Shown: positions 21,197-30,245 of the stretch, in pieces
Position numbering within the stretch: the stretch's first letter is position 1
How the letters are laid out: every line of letters begins with the position of its first letter
Virus record (IMG/VR): IMGVR_UViG_2974791771_000001
Span: 12,822 to 76,821 of that record
Reading direction: 5' to 3' (one strand)
Origin: a virus
Taxonomy: Duplodnaviria; Caudoviricetes
Length of the DNA stretch: 64,000 nucleotides
Program-made: the position numbers and the translations under genes
The notes under the pieces: generated by a model
The model's input: the letters and a program-made list of their open reading frames with translations, nothing else
Told to the model about the DNA's origin: nothing
Database searches by the model: none

Positions 21197-21224
21197 TTGT
21201 AATTCGATCCACGTCGGCTAGTGT
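21197..21224 (+). promoter_or_regulatory. Putative rightward SigA-type promoter (TTGTAA-16-TAGTGT), probably leaderless
   Basis: The -10 element ends 7 nt before the GTG at 21232. Confidence 0.5.
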
Positions 21225-21231
21225 CTTCAAC

Positions 21232-21570
21232 GTGATCGAGACCGCAGCGAAAGTAGCTCGCAGCAGACAGACCCCCTCGCCCATCTACCCCCGCAGTACG
21301 CCGGCCAAACGCCAGACAGCCACAAAGAAGACTTCGGCAAGGCGCACAACTGAATGGCAGTTCCGGCTCAATATGCCGATGCTGTGGAGGCTGATGAACG
21401 ATCAGGGTTTCTCGGGAGCAACTGACCTAGCGGTTCACTGCAAGGTGTCCCGCGACACGATGTCTCGGGCCTTCCGGGGAGACGCCATCACCGCCTCTCT
21501 GGCTTGCAAGGTCGCTACGGCCTTGGGTGTCCATCCGAGTGAGGTTTCACGTTTCCAGGATGTGCCATGA
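21232..21570 (+). CDS. Cro-like XRE HTH protein
   Basis: GATDLAVHCKVSRDTMSRAFRG HTH; divergent from the repressor; start inferred from the promoter. Confidence 0.7.
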   Translation: MIETAAKVARSRQTPSPIYPRSTPAKRQTATKKTSARRTTEWQFRLNMPMLWRLMNDQGFSGATDLAVHCKVSRDTMSRAFRGDAITASLACKVATALGVHPSEVSRFQDVP

Positions 21571-21758
21571 CGGTCAGGTACCTGACGACCGAGCAGGTTG
21601 CCGAAGCGACAGGGTTCACGCCGAAGACGATTCGGGAGAAGGCCGTGCAGCATGTTCGGACGAATGGCCGGAAGGGGTTGCGTGGGTTCCAGACGGGGCC
21701 TAACACTCCGTGGCGGTTTCGCCCTCGTGACGTGGAGGCGTTCATAGAAGGTAGCTAG
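21567..21758 (+). CDS. Excisionase-like HTH (HTH_17/MerR-like) protein
   Basis: YLTTEQVAEATGFTPKTIR...WRFRPRDVEAF. Confidence 0.8.
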   Translation: MTVRYLTTEQVAEATGFTPKTIREKAVQHVRTNGRKGLRGFQTGPNTPWRFRPRDVEAFIEGS

Positions 21759-21763
21759 TTTTC

Positions 21764-21806
21764 GCCTGACTGGCAGACACGTGGGGTTCGAGTCCCCCGA
21801 CAGGCA
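21764..21806 (+). ncRNA. Mini tRNA-like element (D-loop-like segment plus T-arm, no anticodon arm)
   Basis: GCCTG/CAGGC closing stem, ACTGGCAGAC, GGGG-TTCGAGT-CCCC. Confidence 0.45.
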
Positions 21807-22451
21807 CGACGGAACGTACATAGCCTGACGACAACTTGCGTGCGTTCCCTCATTCTTTCTCTCTCTCAACACCCACGGTCACCGTGCGCTCTGTTTGGCG
21901 TGCGCCCGTGATGGTGTGTGTCCTTTCAGAACTCCATAGTGCTCCTGTGCTGCCCGTTGAACGGCCAGACGAAACGAGACCTGCCCCAGGTAAGTGGGGT
22001 GAAGTGGGTGGACGGTTGACGTGTCCCTGAAGCCCTAAGGTGCTGTGTTTGGTGTCGACTTCTGTGGCGGTACAGAAGAACCCTTATTGGGTTTGATTTT
22101 CATTAAGTACTTCGATGTTCACCGAAGATACGACTGGTGTCGGGATCCCTGGGCGGGGACTCTCTTCACCTGCATCACCGCTTCCCCAAGCTTTTGGTGA
22201 TGTGTGCCGCGACCACCATCCTAGCGCGGCGAGTCTAGGCGTGTACCGCCACCTATGCCCGAGTCCATCAGATGTGGATTCGGGAGGGGTACGAACCAGG
22301 CCGGGATGGGCCTGGGTGCGGAAGCCGCTCGTTTCAGTGAATGTCGGTGGGGGTTCGCCGACCAACGTTGGCCCGTTGAGGCAGGTTCGATCCTGGTTCC
22401 CTTGCTGAATGTCCAGTTCTTTCAATTGTTTCCACAGATTTGAGGTGTGTC

Positions 22452-22847
22452 ATGTCCACTGGTACCGCCATGCACGAAACCTTCGAGAAGTTTGTTGCCG
22501 AAGTGCGCCGGCTCGCCAACGAAAACCCCGAGTTCATTTACAAGCCCCGAAATGTTCCGGGCCAGAACATCACCTGCCACTACGTGAACGAGGACCGCAC
22601 AGGCGGGGATTGCCTGATCGGCCAGGCGCTCTTCAACACGGGGATGCGCACAATTGAGCAACTGGATGAGGTTGAGGGCCGGGGTGCAGCCACGGTACTT
22701 CGTCGATACTTCGACGCGCCCAGTGCGCTACAGCGTTGGGCCACAGAGGTGCAGGGCGCTCAGGACGATGGTGTGCCCTGGGGTGAGGCCGTCAGGCGCA
22801 CCGACGCTCGTCACGCTGAGCTGGGTGGCGTAGGTGCCATCCAGTGA
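22452..22847 (+). CDS. Hypothetical protein (paralog of 25077..25472)
   Basis: Shared C..Y, C.IG and W...VQ..QD.G..WGEA motifs. Confidence 0.75.
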   Translation: MSTGTAMHETFEKFVAEVRRLANENPEFIYKPRNVPGQNITCHYVNEDRTGGDCLIGQALFNTGMRTIEQLDEVEGRGAATVLRRYFDAPSALQRWATEVQGAQDDGVPWGEAVRRTDARHAELGGVGAIQ

Positions 22848-22932
22848 AGGGCAAGCTTGAAGTCGTTTTCGCTTACCTGTGCGGTGTCTGCATCTTCGGC
22901 ATCGCTTTCTACTCACTGATCGGAGGGGCCGC

Positions 22933-23499
22933 ATGATTGGCCGCGAATTGATCCGCCAAGCACCGCCCTACGACTTGCCCCCGGCCCCGAAAGGTGCGGA
23001 CGGCGAACCTGTCTACCCGTACGACATGCCCCACTACGTGGACTGTGGCACCGACCCCACCTACCTGAAGATGGCCGCTGAGCATTGCTTGGCTGGCATC
23101 GACTTCGACACCGTTGTGGGCATCGGGGTTTCGGGTGCGGTCGCGTTGCCTGTCACCTCGTTGGCGACCGGGAAGCGCATGTTGGTGCTCCGCAAGCCTG
23201 GTGTGTCTGCTCACAGCACTTCCCATACGGGTTCGTTGGGTCGGTCGTGGGTGTTCGTGGATGACTTCATTGGCGGGGGCAGCACTTTCGAGAATGTGCG
23301 CGCTCAGGTGGAGGATCTTGCGCGGAGGCACAAGTTCACGACGTCTTTCGTCGGGGCGTTTCTGTACGGCTACTACCCGAACTACGAGCAGATCGCGCAT
23401 GGCGCAAAGGATCATCGTGCCGCTACGTTCTTGTCTGCTGCGTCGTTCTTCGACAGGTACTCCCATCTCGCGCGTTACCAGGACTCCGACAATGACTGA
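22933..23499 (+). CDS. Type I phosphoribosyltransferase-family protein
   Basis: PRPP loop VFVDDFIGGGST; VVGIGVSG; GGAGG RBS. Confidence 0.85.
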   Translation: MIGRELIRQAPPYDLPPAPKGADGEPVYPYDMPHYVDCGTDPTYLKMAAEHCLAGIDFDTVVGIGVSGAVALPVTSLATGKRMLVLRKPGVSAHSTSHTGSLGRSWVFVDDFIGGGSTFENVRAQVEDLARRHKFTTSFVGAFLYGYYPNYEQIAHGAKDHRAATFLSAASFFDRYSHLARYQDSDND

Positions 23500-23761
23500 C
23501 CGCAAGCCGGACCCGCCGCTGGTGGAGATCGCAGGCAGCGTGCTCGCCGCCAAGCCGGACGAGATGCCTGCTGTGCTCGCCGAACTGGAAAATCAGTTTG
23601 TGGTGATGTCGCGCAGGGATTTCAACTCGATGATGGCGACAGTTGCCATGCATCAGGCCGAGTACAAGAAAGAGAATTCGACGCTGCGTCAGCTTTTGAA
23701 TCTTCCGGATTTGGATGCTGTTGACCAGGCCGAGCATTTCGCCACGGAGAGTGACCTCTGA
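23492..23761 (+). CDS. Hypothetical protein
   Basis: Coupled by overlapping stop/start codons. Confidence 0.65.
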   Translation: MTDRKPDPPLVEIAGSVLAAKPDEMPAVLAELENQFVVMSRRDFNSMMATVAMHQAEYKKENSTLRQLLNLPDLDAVDQAEHFATESDL

Positions 23762-24192
23762 TGTACAACTACGACCACTACTACAACATGCCTCCCGAGC
23801 TGCGTGAGGCGAAAGCCCTTGTCGATGCGTGGGATACAATCGTCGCTTCGAAGACGGACCTGACGACCGCCAAGGCGCTGGTTGACAACGCCAGCAACAT
23901 CCAAGCGTGGCTTGATGCTGAGAAGCGTTGGCAGAACAACGTCCGTCTGTGGCTTCAGGCCGAGAAGCGTTGGGAGTATTCGCAAACGAAGATGAGCAAG
24001 ACTTCGTATGCGGCTGCCAAGCGAGGCTGGGATGAGATCAAGAAGTATGTCCCGAACTTCGACGGGTACAGCACTTTCGAGCAGCTACCGGAGTCCCTTC
24101 AGTTCCGGTATGCGGCGTTTGCTGCTGCGGCACTTGAGATTGAGGTTCCGCCCGAGGTGAAGTCGGGTGTTCAGAATCAGGTGGTCTTGTGA
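23761..24192 (+). CDS. Hypothetical protein
   Basis: TGATG overlap; host-like codon usage. Confidence 0.7.
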   Translation: MYNYDHYYNMPPELREAKALVDAWDTIVASKTDLTTAKALVDNASNIQAWLDAEKRWQNNVRLWLQAEKRWEYSQTKMSKTSYAAAKRGWDEIKKYVPNFDGYSTFEQLPESLQFRYAAFAAAALEIEVPPEVKSGVQNQVVL

Positions 24193-24476
24193 CCGCGCCA
24201 ACCCTGAAGGCATCGGACTTCGAGTTCTCCCCGCACGCCATCGACCGAATGCTCGACATGGCAGTGGACGCGACAGAAGTCATCCGGGCGATGCAGGGCA
24301 CGAAGATCAAAGACCCGCAGGGGGTTCGCTGGATCGGTGAACGGGTCACAGTGTTCGCGGTCTGGGATCCCCGATTGCAGAAGCATGTCGTCACCACCGT
24401 TGTGTGGAAATACGAAGACCTGTGGCGCAAGGACATGTCCATTGCCCCGTGCCACGGTCGGAAAGTGAAACCCTGA
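24189..24476 (+). CDS. DUF4258-like (RelE/BrnT-fold) small protein
   Basis: FSPHAIDRM and VVTTV motifs. Confidence 0.55.
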   Translation: MTAPTLKASDFEFSPHAIDRMLDMAVDATEVIRAMQGTKIKDPQGVRWIGERVTVFAVWDPRLQKHVVTTVVWKYEDLWRKDMSIAPCHGRKVKP

Positions 24477-24838
24477 TGCCCGAATCGAGCGAGACGCGCT
24501 CGCAGGCTGAGTATGCGGCAGACTCCTGGTCTGCACTCATCCGCGAAAACCACAGGCTGCGAGCCGAGAACCGCCGCCTCCGCGAAGAGGCCGACGATCC
24601 CGTGCACTCCGTCTACGAGGTGGCAACACACCTCGAAGGTCACGGCTTCCACGATGCACGGGACTGGACGTACCGGATCCTCGAAGAGTGGGTTCGCGGC
24701 TACAACGATTGGTGGAAGGGCGCTTTCATCACCCCGGAGGGCCGGAAGCATGTGCGGTTGACGCGCAGCGGGTTCATGTTCACACCGGCTGGTGTGCGTG
24801 CGGCTGAGCTTCAGTTCCTTGGGGAGGCGGTGTCGTGA
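24476..24838 (+). CDS. Hypothetical protein
   Basis: TGATG overlap. Confidence 0.65.
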   Translation: MPESSETRSQAEYAADSWSALIRENHRLRAENRRLREEADDPVHSVYEVATHLEGHGFHDARDWTYRILEEWVRGYNDWWKGAFITPEGRKHVRLTRSGFMFTPAGVRAAELQFLGEAVS

Positions 24839-25086
24839 CGATCGCGTTGTTGGACATTCCGGATCATATCGATGTGGGCGAGTTTGGTTTCGTCCCTGTG
24901 ATTCCGGAGGGGCATCTGATTGTTGATGACCCTGTGCTTGATCCGGAGACGGGTGAGCCTGTGGTTGAGGTGGATCAAATGGTTTTGGACCGGGATGGCT
25001 CGCCGTGGGCGTGGTCGGGTTCCGGCTGGATGGCTGCTGGCGATTGGCGTTCACAGCCGTGGGAGAAGGTCAAGCAATGGTTCTGA
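24835..25086 (+). CDS. Hypothetical protein
   Basis: GTGA overlap with RBS. Confidence 0.6.
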   Translation: MTIALLDIPDHIDVGEFGFVPVIPEGHLIVDDPVLDPETGEPVVEVDQMVLDRDGSPWAWSGSGWMAAGDWRSQPWEKVKQWF

Positions 25087-25472
25087 TCGGCAAGACGGAG
25101 TTCGAAGAGTTCACTCCGCAGGTGGAGGCGTCTCTTGTGGCTGCGGTCGTGGAGATCGCGACGGAGAAGCCGGATTTCAAGTATCGCCCGCCGTTCGAGC
25201 ATGACGATGCGTGTTACTACGAGGTTGCCGGTCAGCCGTCGTGCATCATCGGGCGCGGGTTCTCGAAGATTGGCTTCACTGGCCGCGAGCTGAAGGCGTT
25301 CGATGACTGTGGGCAGTCCAACGCGGAGTCGATTCTGCTCGCCCTGGGAGCTTCGGAGCATGTGGCCCGGTGGGCGCAGGCAGTCCAGGAGATGCAGGAT
25401 TGCGGGAAGCTCTGGGGTGAGGCTCTATTCACCGCCGACCAGACGCACGGTCGCCCGGAGGTGAAGGCGTGA
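25077..25472 (+). CDS. Hypothetical protein (paralog of 22452..22847)
   Basis: Same motifs as the paralog. Confidence 0.75.
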   Translation: MVLIGKTEFEEFTPQVEASLVAAVVEIATEKPDFKYRPPFEHDDACYYEVAGQPSCIIGRGFSKIGFTGRELKAFDDCGQSNAESILLALGASEHVARWAQAVQEMQDCGKLWGEALFTADQTHGRPEVKA

Positions 25473-25960
25473 GTATCGCACAAGCACAAGCTGACGTAGC
25501 CCATTTCATGCGTGGTGGCGGGCAGGAGGTTCGCTACTTCCCCACCATTCCGACGCGTGAAGGAACCGCATACGACGAGGGGCACCGCGACGAGTTCGTG
25601 TTCGCCACGATCGTCCAGGGCCTTGCAAACGGCATCAAAGACTCGGCGAACATCCACAAGTCCGAGCAGCTTCTTTCGATGGCCCTGCTGCTCGAAGAGG
25701 TGGGTGAACTGTTCCAGGGCATCGCAAACAACGATCCGGTCGAGATTGCGGACGGCTCAACGGACGTGAAGGTCATCGTCCTGGGCATCGACAACCGTTT
25801 CGGCCTGCCCGCGCAGGAGTTGTTTGACGAGGTTCATCGTTCGAACATGTCGAAGTTCGTTGACGGCAAAGCTGTCCGGGACGCAGCCGGGAAGATTCAG
25901 AAGGGTCCGAACTACTCTCCCCCGCAACTCGAAAGGATCCTGTACCCCAATGAAGATTAG
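25469..25960 (+). CDS. MazG-like / PRA-PH-like nucleotide pyrophosphohydrolase
   Basis: EEVGEL, EIADG..D, EVHRSNMSK, GKIQKGPNY. Confidence 0.88.
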   Translation: MSIAQAQADVAHFMRGGGQEVRYFPTIPTREGTAYDEGHRDEFVFATIVQGLANGIKDSANIHKSEQLLSMALLLEEVGELFQGIANNDPVEIADGSTDVKVIVLGIDNRFGLPAQELFDEVHRSNMSKFVDGKAVRDAAGKIQKGPNYSPPQLERILYPNED

Positions 25961-26144
25961 GGACCACGAGGGGCAACTACTCGCCGAAGCAAGACGCTCC
26001 CCCGGTGGTGGGTTCATCGTTCTGTCCGTTCCGGTGTACAGCCCACGTTCGGCTGATGCGCCCGCTCGCACATGGCTGACAGTGGCCGAGTCCAAGAAGC
26101 TCCGCAAGGCGCTGAAGAAAGCCGAGAAGAAGGTCAAACCCTAG
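25950..26144 (+). CDS. Hypothetical protein
   Basis: Fills the gap in the operon. Confidence 0.5.
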   Translation: MKIRDHEGQLLAEARRSPGGGFIVLSVPVYSPRSADAPARTWLTVAESKKLRKALKKAEKKVKP

Positions 26145-26152
26145 GAGAGCAC

Positions 26153-27076
26153 ATCACAGACCACACAATTCAACGCGACTACAACGACCGACCGTGGGTC
26201 ATGCCGCCAGGTGCAGGCCCACTCACCGGAGAACCCAAGACGGGCAAAGCCCGCAACGGCAAACCGAAGACCTGGTGGATTTCCAGGGACGCAACCCCGT
26301 ACGCCCGCATGTCGGGCATCGCCAAGCCACTGGACAGCAAAGAGGGCCTTGTGGATTGGGCGGCAGCTCAGGCCGCTGTTGGTGTCATGCTCGACGAGGC
26401 CGCAAGGTCGAAGATCGTCACGCTCATCAACGAATACGATGCCGACCCGTGGAACAACGGGGACGACGGATCATTCAAGTCCGGCAAGTCTCGGCTGAAA
26501 GAGGCTGTCGAGCAGGCCCGTACGACCGCCGGCCAGAACGTTGCCTCTGCTGCCGGTACCGAGTTCCACACCCTGGGTGAGCTTCACAACCGTGGGAAGA
26601 CGCCACGCATTGTGCAGGAACACCTTGTGCCGCTGTATGAGCACTACAAGGAACGGGTTGCCCCGCTGAAGTTCCTCAACCAAGAGTTGTTTGTGGTGAA
26701 TGATGAGCTTCAGTTGGCTGGTTCGCTGGACTATCTGATCGAGTTGCCCGATGGCCGTGTGGTTGTCGGGGACTTGAAGACTGGCAAGTGGGATTTCAAG
26801 TATCCGATGTCGTGCACGACGCAGATCGCTGGATATGCGAATTCGGTTGTGTATGACCAGGCGACGGGCATTCGGACGCCGATTCATCCGGACTTGGATA
26901 CGTCGGTGGGTTTGTTGGTGCACTTCCCGATTAAGACGAAGAATCCGAAGGTTCGTTTCTATGAGCTGGATTTGGAGTTGGGGATGCGTGCTGCCCGGAT
27001 TGCTGGTGAGTTGTCGGAGTTGCAGCGAGAGTTCAAACGTAAGGGCGCTGAGCCGCGTCCGATCGAGTTTGTCTAG
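26153..27076 (+). CDS. PD-(D/E)XK exonuclease (Cas4/RecE-like); start uncertain
   Basis: GTEFH, QELFVV, AGSLD, GDLKTG, QIAGY motifs; adjacent to an ERF recombinase. Confidence 0.85.
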   Translation: MTDHTIQRDYNDRPWVMPPGAGPLTGEPKTGKARNGKPKTWWISRDATPYARMSGIAKPLDSKEGLVDWAAAQAAVGVMLDEAARSKIVTLINEYDADPWNNGDDGSFKSGKSRLKEAVEQARTTAGQNVASAAGTEFHTLGELHNRGKTPRIVQEHLVPLYEHYKERVAPLKFLNQELFVVNDELQLAGSLDYLIELPDGRVVVGDLKTGKWDFKYPMSCTTQIAGYANSVVYDQATGIRTPIHPDLDTSVGLLVHFPIKTKNPKVRFYELDLELGMRAARIAGELSELQREFKRKGAEPRPIEFV

Positions 27077-27088
27077 GAGGCAGACCTT

Positions 27089-27607
27089 TTGAGTTACAAG
27101 TATTACGTGGACGATGACGGCGAGTTCTATGCAACGGACCTTGAGGGCGATCTCAACGAGTACGATCGTGACAGCTCTGGCGATCTCGACTGGCAGGGTG
27201 TTGCCGATGTTCCGGTGGGCGAGCTGACCGAGCTGCTGCCTGCCGATCAGGTGGACACCGGATTCCAGCTTCCCGAGACGACGGTGTACACGAACGATTC
27301 GGGCAGTCTCGTCATCGGGAAGGTCGAAGGCGACCCCGTGGGGTTGCGGTCCATTCTCGCCAACACGCCGGTTTCTGATCTGGATGAGAAGGTTCGCAAG
27401 CTCACCAACGAGCTGGCCGTGTACATCCATCTGCGGGACTACCAGGCCAATGTCGCGAAGGTGGACGACGAGCTGATTCGGAAGATGGGTGACGCGTACC
27501 TGTCTGCTGCGAGCGCAGTTCCGGGAACTGTGGCGGGCATGAACGGACCGATCGCTGAGAAGTTCCTGGCGGGCATCCGAGCAGCATTGGAGGTTGCCCG
27601 TGGGTGA
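27089..27607 (+). CDS. Hypothetical protein
   Basis: AGGAGG RBS and TTG start. Confidence 0.7.
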   Translation: MSYKYYVDDDGEFYATDLEGDLNEYDRDSSGDLDWQGVADVPVGELTELLPADQVDTGFQLPETTVYTNDSGSLVIGKVEGDPVGLRSILANTPVSDLDEKVRKLTNELAVYIHLRDYQANVAKVDDELIRKMGDAYLSAASAVPGTVAGMNGPIAEKFLAGIRAALEVARG

Positions 27608-28271
27608 CATCATCTCCAAGCTCTCCCAGATTCAGGCCGAACTCAACGCCCCGAAGAACCAGCGCAACAACTTCGGCAACTACAACTACCGTTCCGCCGA
27701 GGACATCACCGAGGCTGTCAAGCCGCACCTCGCCAAGCATGGTGTGGCCCTGGTCCTGGGTGACGAGATCGTGGAGGTTGGTGGCCGGGTCTACGTGCAG
27801 GCCACCGCAACCCTGATCGACGCGGACGGCAACCGTATCGAGGCGTCTGGTTGGGCTCGCGAGGCTGATTCGAAGAAGGGCATGGATGACGCTCAGGTCA
27901 CCGGCTCGACCTCTTCGTATGCTCGCAAGTACGCCATGAACGGCTTGTTTGCGATCGATGATTCGAAGGATGCCGACACCAACGAGCACGCCCGTCAGGC
28001 TGGCCGGGGTGAGGTTCCGAAGAAGAGTCAGGGCAAGCCTGCTGTGAAGAAGGCTGCTCCCGCGAAGAAGGCCGCACCCTCGAACGACGCGCCCGCCGGC
28101 CTGGACGCCAAAAAGGCGGAAGCCCTTGGCCTGCTGAAAGAGAAGAAGATTCCCGGCGGTGAGTTCAAGCTCTACCTGATGACCTTGGGTGAATGGGACG
28201 GCGTTCCGGACATCGACTCCGAAGAGGCCCTGGACAACCTGATCGCTTGGGCCAACGCCTACGGTGAGTGA
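27600..28271 (+). CDS. erf: ERF-family single-strand annealing protein
   Basis: APKNQRNNFGNYNYRSAEDI; QVTGSTSSYARKYAMNGLF. Confidence 0.92.
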   Translation: MGDIISKLSQIQAELNAPKNQRNNFGNYNYRSAEDITEAVKPHLAKHGVALVLGDEIVEVGGRVYVQATATLIDADGNRIEASGWAREADSKKGMDDAQVTGSTSSYARKYAMNGLFAIDDSKDADTNEHARQAGRGEVPKKSQGKPAVKKAAPAKKAAPSNDAPAGLDAKKAEALGLLKEKKIPGGEFKLYLMTLGEWDGVPDIDSEEALDNLIAWANAYGE

Positions 28272-28644
28272 CGCCGGGGTTGACCGGGCAAAGGTTGCAC
28301 GTCGCCTGTGGGTTCTCTCGGAGATGTGCCAGCAGCTCCCCGACAACTCGGAGCACCCGTTCACCCGGTTCCGGGTAGCGAAGACGGCACTGTCCCGAGC
28401 GAAGGCACAGGCACTCTTGAAGGCTCCGATCCGGGATCCCCAAGACGAGACCCGGAAGATGACCGGCGATGACCGCGAAGCATGGACACTCGCTCAGCCC
28501 GAGGTGATTGCAGCCGAAGATGAGCTGGTTGTTGCAGAGGCAGCCTGGAACTACTACCAGGAACAGACGTGGGCTCGCAAAGACGAAGCCGAGTACCTAC
28601 GCACCCTGTCTGCTGATGCTCGCGCAGATATGGCTCTCCTGTGA
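28264..28644 (+). CDS. Hypothetical helical protein in the recombination module
   Basis: Operon coupling. Confidence 0.65.
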   Translation: MSDAGVDRAKVARRLWVLSEMCQQLPDNSEHPFTRFRVAKTALSRAKAQALLKAPIRDPQDETRKMTGDDREAWTLAQPEVIAAEDELVVAEAAWNYYQEQTWARKDEAEYLRTLSADARADMALL

Positions 28645-28922
28645 GTGCCTGGTGGTTGCGGGCGAAGTGCCGCGACATGGACCCGGAACTGTTCGCGGTC
28701 AGCAACCTGACGCCCGGACGAGAGAATGTTGAAGCGACCGCGCTGTGTGCCGGTTGCACGGTGATACCTGAATGCGCAGGAGATGCCCTTGCGGGTGTGA
28801 ATGTGTCTCAGGTGTTGCGTGGCCCGTTGAAGACCACCCTGGCTGAGGCTGACGATGTTGTGCCTCAGTCGGGTGTGGTGCGGGCAGGCATGGTGATACC
28901 CGAGATTGAGGTGTTTCCCTGA
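28641..28922 (+). CDS. WhiB-family transcription factor
   Basis: AKCRDMDPELF, LCAGCTVIPEC, GVVRAG. Confidence 0.8.
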   Translation: MSAWWLRAKCRDMDPELFAVSNLTPGRENVEATALCAGCTVIPECAGDALAGVNVSQVLRGPLKTTLAEADDVVPQSGVVRAGMVIPEIEVFP

Positions 28923-29476
28923 TGGACTGGGATGATGACCCGGCAGACGAGTTTGACGAGCAAAGGTATGAGCCCTGGCGTGCAGTTGCGGGGAATGAGG
29001 CCGTCAATGAATTCGCTGGCGGGCCAAACTGCGGGGCAAGCCAGCGATCGTGGGCTGGCGGCGGCAAGTGCGCGACCGAGGATCCCCGGTTCTGGGACAT
29101 GGACTTTTACAAGGATGTCAACGAAGACTTTCGGCCGAAGTTGGGCACTGCCATGATGGTGGACCCCAACTTCTCGCTTGCCGCCTCAATCCGGGGTGAG
29201 GCTGCACCGCTCGTGCGGGACACTCATGGGACCAACATGGAGAACATGGCCGAGAGACTTTGCCGAGGATGCCCGGTGCTGAGCCGGTGCGCGGCGAACG
29301 CCCTTGAGCCTATGTACTTCACGTCCCCAAAGGGGAACGCGGTCTTCCAGTCCGGGGTGATTCGTGCCGGGGTGCCGATGGCTACAGAGCGAGATCGTTC
29401 CACATCGCCCCTGAGTCGGCGAACAATCGAGCGCCTAACCAAGGCTTCCGACACGGGCGTGTCCGGAGGGTGGTGA
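28922..29476 (+). CDS. Extended WhiB-like protein
   Basis: KCATEDPRFW, LCRGCPVLSRC, GVIRAG, with long inserts. Confidence 0.65.
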   Translation: MDWDDDPADEFDEQRYEPWRAVAGNEAVNEFAGGPNCGASQRSWAGGGKCATEDPRFWDMDFYKDVNEDFRPKLGTAMMVDPNFSLAASIRGEAAPLVRDTHGTNMENMAERLCRGCPVLSRCAANALEPMYFTSPKGNAVFQSGVIRAGVPMATERDRSTSPLSRRTIERLTKASDTGVSGGW

Positions 29477-29763
29477 CCGGCGCGTCGCACTTGCGGTCGA
29501 ACATCCATTCGGACTAAATAGAGAACCTACCCGCCAAGGCAGCGAGAGCGTATCTGTACTGCCCGCCCACGAGATCGAAGCCGTGGGTGACCCCCGTCAG
29601 ATGGGGAGGGTTCCTCATGCCCTCTGGATGGTCCCGATGTAAACGACCTGATGTTCCTGAGGGTCCGGTTGAGCACGTTCGTGACGGTCAAGGCAGACCC
29701 GGCGTCACATTCTTGTGGACAGTGCTCGTTTCTCTTTATGCATGGCGTCCTGCTCTATAGGCC

Positions 29764-29964
29764 GTGCCGTACCTAGATGAGGTGAAAGCTATGGGTTGGG
29801 TCCAGACTGAAGTCAAGTTCGTTGAGCCGAATGGTGTAGACAGACTGACAGTCGATGTCGTAAGCCACTATGTTCGGTTCCAGGTGAACGGCGGTCCGAC
29901 GGTCATCATTCCAAGGAATGATCTGGACACTCTCATCGCTTTGCTCAACAACGCGAAGGGTTGA
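29764..29964 (+). CDS. Hypothetical protein
   Basis: Small ORF; start could be 29788. Confidence 0.5.
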   Translation: MPYLDEVKAMGWVQTEVKFVEPNGVDRLTVDVVSHYVRFQVNGGPTVIIPRNDLDTLIALLNNAKG

Positions 29965-30158
29965 AATTGGGCTGGAAAACGAGAACTGAGAACCTACCGA
30001 CTATTGTGGAAGCCTCGTATGACGACGGCGATGTACTCAGAGCTGAAGCCAGTGATGATGATATCGGCTTCTCGATCGAAGATTCCGCGACCGTCTTCGT
30101 TCCGAAGACTGAGCTGCGTGCACTGATCGAATTTCTCGAATCGCAAGCAAAAGGGTGA
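29961..30158 (+). CDS. Hypothetical protein (weakly similar to the preceding ORF)
   Basis: Both end in V.(I/V)P..(D/E)L..LI..L...AKG. Confidence 0.55.
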   Translation: MKLGWKTRTENLPTIVEASYDDGDVLRAEASDDDIGFSIEDSATVFVPKTELRALIEFLESQAKG

Positions 30159-30245
30159 ACCTCGTCGGAATCGTGCTCGCAGGAGGGTGGATGGCAGCCA
30201 TCTTCTTATGCATCAACCCCCACTACTGCCCCGGATGGATGCTGA

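Noticed and set aside
22084-22425. ORFs 22115..22408 (+) and 22084..22425 (-)
   Set aside because: No RBS, atypical composition and no motifs; more likely a regulatory or non-coding leader of the early operon.
26153-27076. Cas4-like nuclease as a CRISPR component
   Set aside because: It sits beside ERF in an exonuclease/annealing recombination module and there is no array.
29703-29722. GTCACATTCTTGTGGAC as a third repressor operator
   Set aside because: Only a partial resemblance to GTCCAA-N4-TTGGAC, and the spacing does not fit.
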